NCBI GenBank assembly: GCA_963674965.2
Contig: CAXXFL010000001.1
Location: forward strand, 1,120,001 to 1,184,000
Direction of reading: 5' to 3'
DNA: 64,000 bases
Origin: a bacterium
GTDB taxonomy: Bacteria; RBG-13-61-14; DATKZS01
The translations under genes and the position numbers were made by a program. This document shows positions 55,505-64,000 of the stretch, one piece after another. Within the stretch, counting starts at the first letter, position 1; each line of letters starts with the position of its first letter. The notes under the pieces were generated by a model. That model was not told the origin of the DNA and searched no databases. It was given only the letters and a program-made list of their open reading frames with translations.

Positions 55505-57829
55505 ATGAAAAGCGCCGATGAACTTATCGCCAGTTGGGAACCTCTTTTCAATCCTAGAAGCGTGGCCGTGGTGGGCGCCAGCAACGGAATCGGAAAATGG
55601 GGCTTCATCATTCCCATGAACCTCGTTACCGGCGGGTACGAGGGCAAGCTCTACATGGTCAACCCCAAGGAAAAGTCCATACAGGGACTGCCCACCGTGA
55701 AAAGCCTCGCCCACATTCAGGACGAGGTCGACCTGGTCATGGTCACCGTGCCGGCCCCTCTCGTGATTGACGTCATCGATCAAGCCGCGGACATAGGCGC
55801 CAAGAACATGGTGGTTATATCCTCGGGTTTTTCCGAGACCGGCGCCGAGGGCATGGAACTGGAAAAGAAACTCCAAGCCAAGGCCCTGGGGCGCGGCGTT
55901 CGGGTCATAGGGCCCAACACCATGGGCATAAGCTCGCCTCCCACCAACATGTTCGCCACCGGCGCCTTTGCCCATCCTCCCGCGGGCAACGTGGCCTTTG
56001 TCTCACAGTCCGGCAACCTGGGAGTGCAGCTTCTGGGCTGGGCCGCCGGCGCGGGCCTTGGCATCAGCCGTTTTATCGGCAGCGGCAACGAAGCCGTCGT
56101 CACTTGCGACCAGATTCTCGAATACTACGGCGCGGACCCCGAAACCCGGGTCATCATCATGTACCTGGAGGGGATCGACGACGGACGCCGCTTCCTCGAG
56201 GTTGCTCGGAAAGTCACGCCTCATAAGCCGGTCATCGCGCTTAAAATGGGCGCCACCGAGGCGGGGGCCAAGGCGGCGGCGTCCCATTCAGGGGCCGTCA
56301 GTACCCCTCACCGCGTGTACCAGGCAATGGTCAAGCAGGCCGGCATCCTCGAGGCCTCGAGCACCGAGGAAATGGTCAACCTGGCAAGGACCTTCGGTAA
56401 CCTCCCTATCCCCCAAGGCCGAAGGGTCGGCATCATGACCATGGGAGGCGGATGGGGCGTCGTGACCACCGACGCCTGCTCCAAGGCGGGGCTTTCCCTG
56501 CCCCAACCGTCGGCCGCCACCATCGAGGCCATCGACCAGGTGTTGCCCAAGTTCTGGAGCCGCGGAAACCCCGTCGACCTGGTGGGTACCGTCAATCGGT
56601 CCGCCCACTTCCGCGTGCTCGAGGCTTTGGTCTCCGACCCCTGCTACGATTCCATTATCACTCTCGGTTCTCTTACGGGCATGAAGTACATGCGCGACTC
56701 CCACCGCAGGGAAGGCCGCAGGGCCCTCCGGGCCATTATTAAAAGGCATGGCTGGAATATGGGCGGGTTCCTCCTTTCCATTTACAAGGGCGTGAGACAG
56801 GCCATGCAAAAGCGGCCCAAGAAACAGGTGATCGAAAAAAACAAGAACCAGTCGGGCGGTATCAACTTCCGCGAGGCCCGGCAGTGGAAGGACGAGTTGT
56901 TCTCGAAAGAATTGCGCAAGCTTATGCAGGCCTCGGGCAAGCCCATCGTGCCCGTTCCCTTCGAGCCGGCCACGGTGGCAGACATCTTCAAGGGCCTCGA
57001 ACTCGTGGCTTTCGGCATTCCCGAGGACGCCGTGGTAGCCATCTCCAAACTGGCCGATTACCATTCCTTTCTCGAGCGCCACAAGATGGAGTTGGAGCGG
57101 GACGACCTCGAGATTCCCAATGACGATATGGCCCTTGCCATCGGCAGCCAGATGATGAACCACTCCGGCGCCATGTCCGAGCATGAGAGTAAAGAAGTCC
57201 TTACCCGCTACGGCATCAGCGTCACCGACGAGCGGCTCGCCTCCAGCGAGCAAGAGGCCGCCTTGGCCGCCCGCGAGATAGGCTTTCCCGTGGTCGTCAA
57301 GATCGACTCTCCCGACATCGGCCACAAGACCGACCTCGGCTGCGTCCAAATCAACCTCGAGACCGAGGACGAAGTGCGCGAGGCTTTCAGGACCGTCACC
57401 GAGAACGCGCAAAAGCACGCGCCCAAGGCCAGAATTTCCGGTGTCCTCGTCCAGGAAATGGTCTCGGGTGGGACCGAGGTTATCATCGGCGTGTCCACCG
57501 ACCCCCATTACGGGCAGACCATCGTCTTCGGTCTGGGCGGCATCTTCGTCGAGGTCCTCGAGGACGTGTCCCTCCGCATCCTGCCCATCGAGCTGGTCGA
57601 CGCTGAGGCCATGGTCAGGGAAATTAAAGGCTACAAGGTGCTGGAGGGAACTAGGGGCAAGAAACCGAGGGACATCCAGACCCTGGCCGAAACCATCCGC
57701 CGCGTGGCCGACTTGGCCGATGACTTAAAGGACCACATCGCGGAAATGGATATCAACCCACTTATGGTTTTCGAAAAAGGAAAAGGCGTCAAAGCCCTCG
57801 ACGCCCTGATCGTACTGAAAGACAAATAG
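55505..57829 (+). CDS. Acetate/acyl-CoA ligase (ADP-forming), fused alpha-beta
   Basis: SVAVVGAS, IGPNTMG, SQSGN, AASHSGA (phospho-His), NPVDL; ATP-grasp HKTD.G.V, VQEMV, FGLGGIFVE and DINPL. Confidence 0.92.
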   Translation: MKSADELIASWEPLFNPRSVAVVGASNGIGKWGFIIPMNLVTGGYEGKLYMVNPKEKSIQGLPTVKSLAHIQDEVDLVMVTVPAPLVIDVIDQAADIGAKNMVVISSGFSETGAEGMELEKKLQAKALGRGVRVIGPNTMGISSPPTNMFATGAFAHPPAGNVAFVSQSGNLGVQLLGWAAGAGLGISRFIGSGNEAVVTCDQILEYYGADPETRVIIMYLEGIDDGRRFLEVARKVTPHKPVIALKMGATEAGAKAAASHSGAVSTPHRVYQAMVKQAGILEASSTEEMVNLARTFGNLPIPQGRRVGIMTMGGGWGVVTTDACSKAGLSLPQPSAATIEAIDQVLPKFWSRGNPVDLVGTVNRSAHFRVLEALVSDPCYDSIITLGSLTGMKYMRDSHRREGRRALRAIIKRHGWNMGGFLLSIYKGVRQAMQKRPKKQVIEKNKNQSGGINFREARQWKDELFSKELRKLMQASGKPIVPVPFEPATVADIFKGLELVAFGIPEDAVVAISKLADYHSFLERHKMELERDDLEIPNDDMALAIGSQMMNHSGAMSEHESKEVLTRYGISVTDERLASSEQEAALAAREIGFPVVVKIDSPDIGHKTDLGCVQINLETEDEVREAFRTVTENAQKHAPKARISGVLVQEMVSGGTEVIIGVSTDPHYGQTIVFGLGGIFVEVLEDVSLRILPIELVDAEAMVREIKGYKVLEGTRGKKPRDIQTLAETIRRVADLADDLKDHIAEMDINPLMVFEKGKGVKALDALIVLKDK

Positions 57830-57981
57830 AGGAATAGCCAGTGAACTGTTAAAAAAACAAAATAACGCGGCGTCTTTTCATTAACGAGAGTCTGGCGGCG
57901 ACGGGTGGACTGGTTGCCCTCTCTCAGGCCTGGGCGTGGCCGGCGTGGGGTGAGGACGACTTCGAGGGGGAAGTCTCCCGC

Positions 57982-60414
57982 ATGGGCCGGATGAAATACG
58001 ATCCCGAGACGAAACGCGTGTGGGTTAGCCTTTTAGACGTCAAGGTGACCACGCGCGTCGAGGACACGGAGATCGGCCCGACCAACGTAAGCCAGGCCCG
58101 CGACCGGATCGTGGTCAAGTCGAAGACGGGCGGCACAAGGTACGGCGGCTATTACGACGTGAGCGAGGGCCAGCCTCACGCCAAGCTCGATCCCCGCTTG
58201 GACGCGCGAGCGGGCAAGGTCTGCGTCGCCTGGTGCGCCATGGACCACTCCGACCGGCAATGGCGGGTTTACGCCAACTTCTTCGGCGACGGCGAGTCCT
58301 GGACCGGCCCCATGGAGGTCGCCGGAGGGGAGCGCCCCGCCCTTCATCCCAGCGTGGCCATCGACCCCGAGACGGGCAAGGTCTTTATAGCCTACGAGGA
58401 CTGGGCCGACTCGACCATCAGGCTGACCTCCTACGACGGCGCCGGATGGAGCGAGACCATGGCGATCAGCGAGAAGGACGAGAACTATCGGCCGACGCTT
58501 ATCGTGACAAGGCGGGGAGGAAGGCACAAGGGCGCCGTCGCGGTCGCCTGGGACTCATACCGGGGAGAGCAATACGATATCTTTCTTCGCCTGCTTGGCC
58601 GCGACGGCCGCCTGGGCCCGGAAACGCGAGTCACCGAAAGCGCGCTTTGGGACTGCGGCGCTGACCTTTGCGAGGACCTGGACGGCAACCTGTGGATAGT
58701 CTGGACCCGGGCCTCGAACGCCCTGGCCCAGACCAACGCGCTTCGCGAGGTCCGGGTCCGGTTCTTCGACGGCGAGAAGTGGCTATGGCCTTATCCGGCG
58801 GAAGACGGGGGTGACGACAACGGGCTCATCTCGGCCAACTCGGTGAACTGGCATCCCAAGATAATTGTGGACGAGCTTAACCGCGTTCACGTTTTCTGGC
58901 GCGACGGCATGAACCCGGCGCCTCCAATCATCGGCAAAATAAGGTTCAGGACCTACGAGGGCGACCGCTGGTCAAGGCTCCGCCACCTCAAGGTCAACCA
59001 TGGCAAAGACGCCGTTCATATGATATGGGACTTCTCGACCGCGGTGACCGACGGATACCGGGTCGAGGGAGTATGGGACAGCCAGTACGTGAAAAGACTG
59101 GGCTTCGCCAACAAGGTCAGCCACGTCCGTTTCTCGTCCGCTCGTCCCCGCCGGAAAGAGAGAGTAACGGTCAAGGGCCAGGGCGCTCCCGAACGCCTGG
59201 GGGAGGGCTGGCCCAAGCAGCCCCGGCCGGAGAAGAGGGAAGCCATCATTGGCGGCCAAAGATACTCGCTGGTCTTCGGCGACACGCACACTCACTCCTG
59301 GACCAGCGACGGTGCTGACCCGGCCGACTTCTACTATCACTTCGCCAGGGATTACGCGGGCCTCGATTACTACGCCCTTTCAGACCACGACTTCACGGTG
59401 AGCTACACGCCGGGACTCGAGGCCCTCATATCCTTTCTGCCCGAGAGGTTCGCCTCGGAGGACTTCATCTGCTTCCAGGCCTTCGAGTTCAGCTCCCAGC
59501 ACAAGGGACATCGGGTGGTGGTGTTCGAGAAGCCCTATAAGCCGACCTTTTCGATGGTCGTGCCTCCCAAGAACAAGAGCAATACCACGGCCGGGCTCTA
59601 CAGGTTCCTGCACCGCTTCGGCCTCGAGCCCGACTCGAGGGTACTGGTCACGGCCCACAACATGTTCAACCTGGGCAACGACTTCAAGGAGCACGACGAG
59701 AATTTCGAGCCCCTCTACGACGTGACCAGCCTGCACGTTATCGCGGAAAAGCCCTTTGACGAATACCTGGACGGCCGGGCCGCCGGCGGCAACAAATCGG
59801 CCGTGGCCCTTTTAGGGACCATCGCCGCGGTCAACTCCATGAACCCCTCCCGCGCGAGAAGGAACAAGTGGTTCTCCTGCTGGCGCCAGTGCCTGGACGA
59901 CGGCCTGCCCCTCGGGGCCTACGGAACGTCCGACACCCACGCGGCCAACGCCATCGGCTACGTCACGGCCGGGTTGTGGGTCAGGGAAAAAACCGGCAAG
60001 GCCATCTTTGACGCCATGTTCGCCAGGAGGTCCACCGGCCTTGACAGCCGGCTTCGGTCGGCCGAGATGTGGAATACAAACCCCGAGATGGTCCGGGAAC
60101 GAAACTACGACGCGCTGCGCGCGGACATAAGGTTCTTCCTTGACGACCATTTCATGGGAGAGAAGCCCTCGGTTTCCGGCCCTCCCCAGGCGCGGGCCGA
60201 GGTCTACAACCAGGACAAAAACGACCCGGCGCGAGCCGTGGTTTTCATAAAGGACGGCATGGAGGTCCATACGGCTTTTCCGGAGGGGAATAACCCCGCC
60301 GCGGTCTCCTGGCGGGATGAGGAGTTCGAGGGCGGACGCCACTATTACTACGTCAGGGTCGATTTCAAAAGCGGCAACGTGGGTTTCTCGTCGCCCGTGT
60401 TCGTAAATTACTGA
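57982..60414 (+). CDS. Beta-propeller + PHP-type metallohydrolase (CehA/McbA/DUF3604-like); true N-terminus probably upstream
   Basis: GDTHTHS..SDG, LDY.ALSDHD, GHR, SDTH and YYYVRV....G..SSPVF motifs. Confidence 0.75.
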   Translation: MGRMKYDPETKRVWVSLLDVKVTTRVEDTEIGPTNVSQARDRIVVKSKTGGTRYGGYYDVSEGQPHAKLDPRLDARAGKVCVAWCAMDHSDRQWRVYANFFGDGESWTGPMEVAGGERPALHPSVAIDPETGKVFIAYEDWADSTIRLTSYDGAGWSETMAISEKDENYRPTLIVTRRGGRHKGAVAVAWDSYRGEQYDIFLRLLGRDGRLGPETRVTESALWDCGADLCEDLDGNLWIVWTRASNALAQTNALREVRVRFFDGEKWLWPYPAEDGGDDNGLISANSVNWHPKIIVDELNRVHVFWRDGMNPAPPIIGKIRFRTYEGDRWSRLRHLKVNHGKDAVHMIWDFSTAVTDGYRVEGVWDSQYVKRLGFANKVSHVRFSSARPRRKERVTVKGQGAPERLGEGWPKQPRPEKREAIIGGQRYSLVFGDTHTHSWTSDGADPADFYYHFARDYAGLDYYALSDHDFTVSYTPGLEALISFLPERFASEDFICFQAFEFSSQHKGHRVVVFEKPYKPTFSMVVPPKNKSNTTAGLYRFLHRFGLEPDSRVLVTAHNMFNLGNDFKEHDENFEPLYDVTSLHVIAEKPFDEYLDGRAAGGNKSAVALLGTIAAVNSMNPSRARRNKWFSCWRQCLDDGLPLGAYGTSDTHAANAIGYVTAGLWVREKTGKAIFDAMFARRSTGLDSRLRSAEMWNTNPEMVRERNYDALRADIRFFLDDHFMGEKPSVSGPPQARAEVYNQDKNDPARAVVFIKDGMEVHTAFPEGNNPAAVSWRDEEFEGGRHYYYVRVDFKSGNVGFSSPVFVNY

Positions 60415-60464
60415 ATACGAGGCTCTTCCGGCTCAAAGGATAGGCAAAAGGTCTTCTCAAGAAG

Positions 60465-61529
60465 TTATTGCGCCCGTTTTTGATTCATCTTGTCCGACCC
60501 GGCGGAGATATTGGAAAAGAAACTGTCTTTTATCCTTTGAGCCTTCATCAGGGAAAACATGGATTCATATACAACCGGCGCCAAGTAGGGAATGGAGGCC
60601 ATGCTCTTCATGGTCAGTCCCTGGACCTTTTTCGATCTGATAAGCTCGTTCAGGTGGGGAGTATCGTATTTCGGGTCGAGAATTTTTTTCGCGACCTCCC
60701 TGCCGCTCAGATACGCCGGAAAAATGCCGTAGCCGGACACGTCGTTTATCAGGCCGGCCGCGTCTCCCACCAGCCATTTGTCGCCGAAATGGTGCCCACA
60801 GTAATGGATGCAAAGAGGAAAACCCTCTTTTTTGTATTCGCCTTTATATCCTATTTCCCTGACCCATTCGTCAAGGGCTCTTTTCATGCCCGAGGCCGGG
60901 TACCGCTTTAAATCGCCGCCAAGACCGCAATAGACCAGGTCTCCACTGGGTATGGCGTAAGCCGGCCATATGCCTATTTTCTTGAAATCGAATTTAAGCA
61001 GTATATGATCCAGGTCCATTTTTAACGCGGTTTGTATGGCGACGCCTCGAAGGCCGAAAGGCAGACCAAGATGACGGCGAACAATGGATAAAGAACCGTC
61101 CGCGCCAATAAGGGTCTTGAAATATATTGGCTCGCCTTCCTCGGTGACGACCCTTTCATCCTCGATCTTCACCACTCTCGCGCCCATCCGAATACGGGCG
61201 CCGGCCTCGCAAGCTTGCGAGGCCATCCAGGACCCCAGTTCCTCCCTGGAAAAACTAACGCGAGGCTCATTGGCAAGCTCTAGCCTGTGGCTTTTCCTTT
61301 TCATGAATATAGTCACCGAGTCGATCTTGCTTCTAAAGAGATCCTCCGGAATTCCCATTATCCGGACTTCCTTGTTCAAGGGCATATACCCGGCGCATAC
61401 TTTGCGGCCAAGGACTTCGCCTTTTTCCAGGATCAGGACATCTCTGCCCGCCTGAGCCAGTTCCCTGGCAGCGCTCAGACCTCCCGGCCCGGCCCCTATA
61501 ATTAAGACGTCCACTGCTTGATCGTTCAT
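60465..61529 (-). CDS. FAD-dependent oxidoreductase, geranylgeranyl reductase family
   Basis: IIGAGPGG, K.CAG, IGADG..S.VRR and LVGDAAG.....SG.GI..A..SG motifs. Confidence 0.88.
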   Translation of the reverse strand: MNDQAVDVLIIGAGPGGLSAARELAQAGRDVLILEKGEVLGRKVCAGYMPLNKEVRIMGIPEDLFRSKIDSVTIFMKRKSHRLELANEPRVSFSREELGSWMASQACEAGARIRMGARVVKIEDERVVTEEGEPIYFKTLIGADGSLSIVRRHLGLPFGLRGVAIQTALKMDLDHILLKFDFKKIGIWPAYAIPSGDLVYCGLGGDLKRYPASGMKRALDEWVREIGYKGEYKKEGFPLCIHYCGHHFGDKWLVGDAAGLINDVSGYGIFPAYLSGREVAKKILDPKYDTPHLNELIRSKKVQGLTMKSMASIPYLAPVVYESMFSLMKAQRIKDSFFSNISAGSDKMNQKRAQ

Positions 61530-61967
61530 TTATTGCATCCCGGATTGGTTGAGTTCAGATATTTGCCTGGCACGGCGTCCATAAGATAATTGTACATAAA
61601 TTGTCCAATTTGCAATTATTGTGCCGTAAAATAAATAATCCGCGGCAAGGGCCCAAATATCTTGATTCCTGCTTCCAGGCCCTTTTTTTAGGCCCTATAA
61701 TGAGACGGATATTACTCCGGCAAAATATCGCTTTGATGATTTTGAAGAAATAGGCCAAAATGATTTAAATGGAACTGAGTAATTTCTACATGATTGGCAT
61801 AATTTACGTCATTAATATTTCTGACGCGACTTTCAGCCGGATAAAGCCGCAAACAATAGCCGGAGCTATGCCGGAAAGAGACGCCGACTCGTATCCACTG
61901 AAAAACAAGTGAGAGCATGAAAAATCAAAATATTTCAGCCCCGCTCCCGCCAGGTATCTTCTTTTTA

Positions 61968-61996
61968 TTGACCGCCCGATATCAATACCTTATAAT
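61968..61996 (+). promoter_or_regulatory. Sigma70 promoter of the lipoprotein-lpxB-M16 operon
   Basis: TTGACC-17 nt-TATAAT. Confidence 0.7.
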
Positions 61997-62066
61997 GGGC
62001 ATGATAATCGGTTAAAAGCGCTTTTCTCGAGCGGAACTTAACAACGCGAAAAAGAGGAGGAAGATT

Positions 62067-62480
62067 ATGGCGCGAAAATATTTCTTAACGGCGATAGTTC
62101 TGGCCGCCCTGGCCCTTACGGTCGGCTGCCCCAAGAAGAAACCCAAAAACGGCTCCGAGGACAATAAGCTCGACCTCGAGTCCAAGGTGAAGATATACAA
62201 CGAGGGCTTTTTCTGGCGGGATTATGAGACTATCTCCCTTATGGTGTTGCCCTCGCGCAGGCGCGATTTCCTGAACTATTGCGAGGAACTCGGCCGGGGC
62301 TATACGCAGGATGAATTCAAGATAATGGAAATACAGATGAATCCGACCAAGGACAAGGCCGTGGTGGTGGTCAAGAGAAAATTCATCATGCCCCCCTCCG
62401 TCATATTGCAGACCAAGGAAATCACTCAGGAATGGGTCCTCTACGAGGGCGAATGGTACCTGAGCGGGCCGCCATATTGA
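62067..62480 (+). CDS. Hypothetical lipoprotein (NTF2-like)
   Basis: Lipobox TVGC; RBS GAGGAGG; W....G.WY C-terminus. Confidence 0.7.
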   Translation: MARKYFLTAIVLAALALTVGCPKKKPKNGSEDNKLDLESKVKIYNEGFFWRDYETISLMVLPSRRRDFLNYCEELGRGYTQDEFKIMEIQMNPTKDKAVVVVKRKFIMPPSVILQTKEITQEWVLYEGEWYLSGPPY

Positions 62481-62493
62481 CGCGGGTCCACCC

Positions 62494-63678
62494 ATGAGCG
62501 ACGCCGGCCGCGTCATGGTGGTTGCCGGCGAGGCCTCAGCCGACGCGCACGCCGCCAACCTTATCAGGGAATTGCGCGAACTCAAGCCGGGCCTCGAGGT
62601 CTTTGGCGTTGGTGGCGAGAAGCTGGCGGAGGCCGGGGCCGATCTGCTGCTCGATTTCAGCAAGGTCGGCGTGGTGGGCATAACGGAGATTATTCCCGAG
62701 ATACCGAAATTCTATCGCGCCTACAAGGAACTTATCCGGGGCTTTAAGCGCCTTTCCCCCGATGGCGTTATCCTGGTGGACCTTCCCGATTTCAACCTCT
62801 TTTTGGCGGGCAGGATTAAAAAAATAAATCCCGACGCCAAAATAATCTATTACATAAGCCCCCAGGCCTGGGGATGGAGGCCGGGCAGGACGAGAAAAAT
62901 CGCAAAGCGCGCCGACGCCATGCTCACCCTTTTCCCCTTCGAGGTCGATTTCTACAACGAACGCGAGCCGGGTTTCGACGTCGAGTTCGTGGGCCATCCC
63001 CTCGCGGAAAAGGTCAAGCCGTCAAGTCCTATACCGACCCTTCGACAAGAGTTCGGTATCGCCGAAAGGGGCCGGGTTCTTTCCCTCTTGCCCGGGAGCA
63101 GGCGGTCCGAAGTAGGTCGATATCTGCCAACTTTCGCGCGAGCGGCCGTCGAGCTAAGGTCCATTTATAAGGATCCGGTTTTTCTCCTGGCCCTGGCCGC
63201 CACGGTGGACGGGGAACAAGTATCTGAAATACTGGAGGATTGTGGGGTCGCTGAAATCGTAAAAGTAATTTCAGGACGAACTTACGACGTGCTGGCGGTG
63301 TCTGATATGGCCATGGTGGCGAGCGGCACGGCCACGCTCGAGACGGCCCTTCTAGGAGTACCCATGGTAATAGTGGGCGCGGTCTCGAATTTCAGTTACT
63401 ATTTGACGGCCCTTATCGTGGATACCTGGACTATAGGACTTCCGAACGTGGTGGCGGGAAAAAAAATAGTGCCCGAGCTTCTTCAGTTCGACTTTACGGC
63501 GGATCACTTGGTCCGCGAAATCACCCGGGTCCTGGATCATCCCGAAAAAACGGCTAAAATAAAGGAAGACCTCGAGCGGGTAAAAAAAGCCCTCGGCTCG
63601 GGAGGGGCGTCGAAAAAAGCCGCCGAGGCCGTTTTTAAAAGGATTTACGGCCCAGCGGCCAAGGGGCGGGACGTTTAG
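62494..63678 (+). CDS. lpxB: Lipid-A-disaccharide synthase
   Basis: AGEASAD, VDLPDFN, YISPQAWGWR, FPFE, FVGHPL, LPGSR.SE, SGTATLE and PELLQ motifs. Confidence 0.96.
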   Translation: MSDAGRVMVVAGEASADAHAANLIRELRELKPGLEVFGVGGEKLAEAGADLLLDFSKVGVVGITEIIPEIPKFYRAYKELIRGFKRLSPDGVILVDLPDFNLFLAGRIKKINPDAKIIYYISPQAWGWRPGRTRKIAKRADAMLTLFPFEVDFYNEREPGFDVEFVGHPLAEKVKPSSPIPTLRQEFGIAERGRVLSLLPGSRRSEVGRYLPTFARAAVELRSIYKDPVFLLALAATVDGEQVSEILEDCGVAEIVKVISGRTYDVLAVSDMAMVASGTATLETALLGVPMVIVGAVSNFSYYLTALIVDTWTIGLPNVVAGKKIVPELLQFDFTADHLVREITRVLDHPEKTAKIKEDLERVKKALGSGGASKKAAEAVFKRIYGPAAKGRDV

Positions 63679-63722
63679 CCTTAAGAAGCGGCTTTTTCCG
63701 GCCCCAGGTCAAGGAGCACTCG

Positions 63723-64000
63723 ATGAAACGTTTTAAGGTTGTATTTCTCATTATCGCCATAAGCACGATCATGGCGGGCTGTCCGCTTCTGGAAAACAGG
63801 AAGATCAGGCTCGACACAAGGAGACCGGAAACAGTGACAAAAACTTTAAAGAACGGCCTGACGGTGGTGGTGGAGGAAAACTTCGGCGCTCCCGTCGCGG
63901 CCGTGCAGGTGTGGGTCAACGCCGGAAGCGCCGACGAGACGGACGGCGAGGCGGGGCTGGCCCATTTTCTCGAGCACATGGTCTTCAAGGGAACGGCCAA
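63723..64000 (+). CDS. M16 family (pitrilysin-like) zinc peptidase lipoprotein, partial
   Basis: Manual translation MKRFKVVFLIIAISTIMAGC...LKNGLTVVV..WVNAGSADE..GLAHFLEHMVFKGT (HxxEH). Confidence 0.92.
   Translation, partial: MKRFKVVFLIIAISTIMAGCPLLENRKIRLDTRRPETVTKTLKNGLTVVVEENFGAPVAAVQVWVNAGSADETDGEAGLAHFLEHMVFKGTA

Noticed and set aside
61820-61905. Structured-looking stretch with GCAAAC in the long spacer (c-di-GMP riboswitch?)
   Set aside because: It does not show the GGCAAAC..GAAA..GACGCAAAGC arrangement; only a short hairpin is supportable.
1-64000. rRNA, tRNA, prophage, retron/DGR or known defence systems
   Set aside because: No recognisable sequences or motifs (no reverse transcriptase, integrase, nuclease or phage structural genes). 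The MazG is the housekeeping two-domain type.

Overview
A 64-kb window from a GC-rich diderm bacterium, probably deltaproteobacterial (Desulfobacterota/Myxococcota-like). This is inferred from lpxB, rfaE2, many lipoproteins, an MXAN_5187-type protein and an atypical Hsp70. It holds about 50 CDS: housekeeping genes (hisB/H/A, rsmB, mazG, lpxB, GH57), envelope genes (three PD40 beta-propeller proteins, two with OmpA, and an AMIN-LysM protein), two penicillin-acylase-type lipoproteins, and a 2985-aa surface protein with 11 tandem 49-aa Ca-binding repeats. Three signals stand out. (1) A complete ~1.3-kb IS110 element whose ends can be read from the sequence. It sits inside the Shine-Dalgarno sequence of the next gene, its circle junction builds a sigma70-like promoter, and its structured left-end RNA carries 7-nt matches to both target and donor sites (candidate SD-targeting bridge RNA). 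(2) A Moco/Tuco-class riboswitch with a terminator controlling a two-gene operon for a diheme GEGP lipoprotein and an anion-porin-like protein, a candidate Mo/W-linked envelope system. (3) A PorE-like PD40/OmpA plus AMIN-LysM cluster. I saw no rRNA, tRNA or CRISPR array. Family calls come from motif recognition by eye; no database searches were run.
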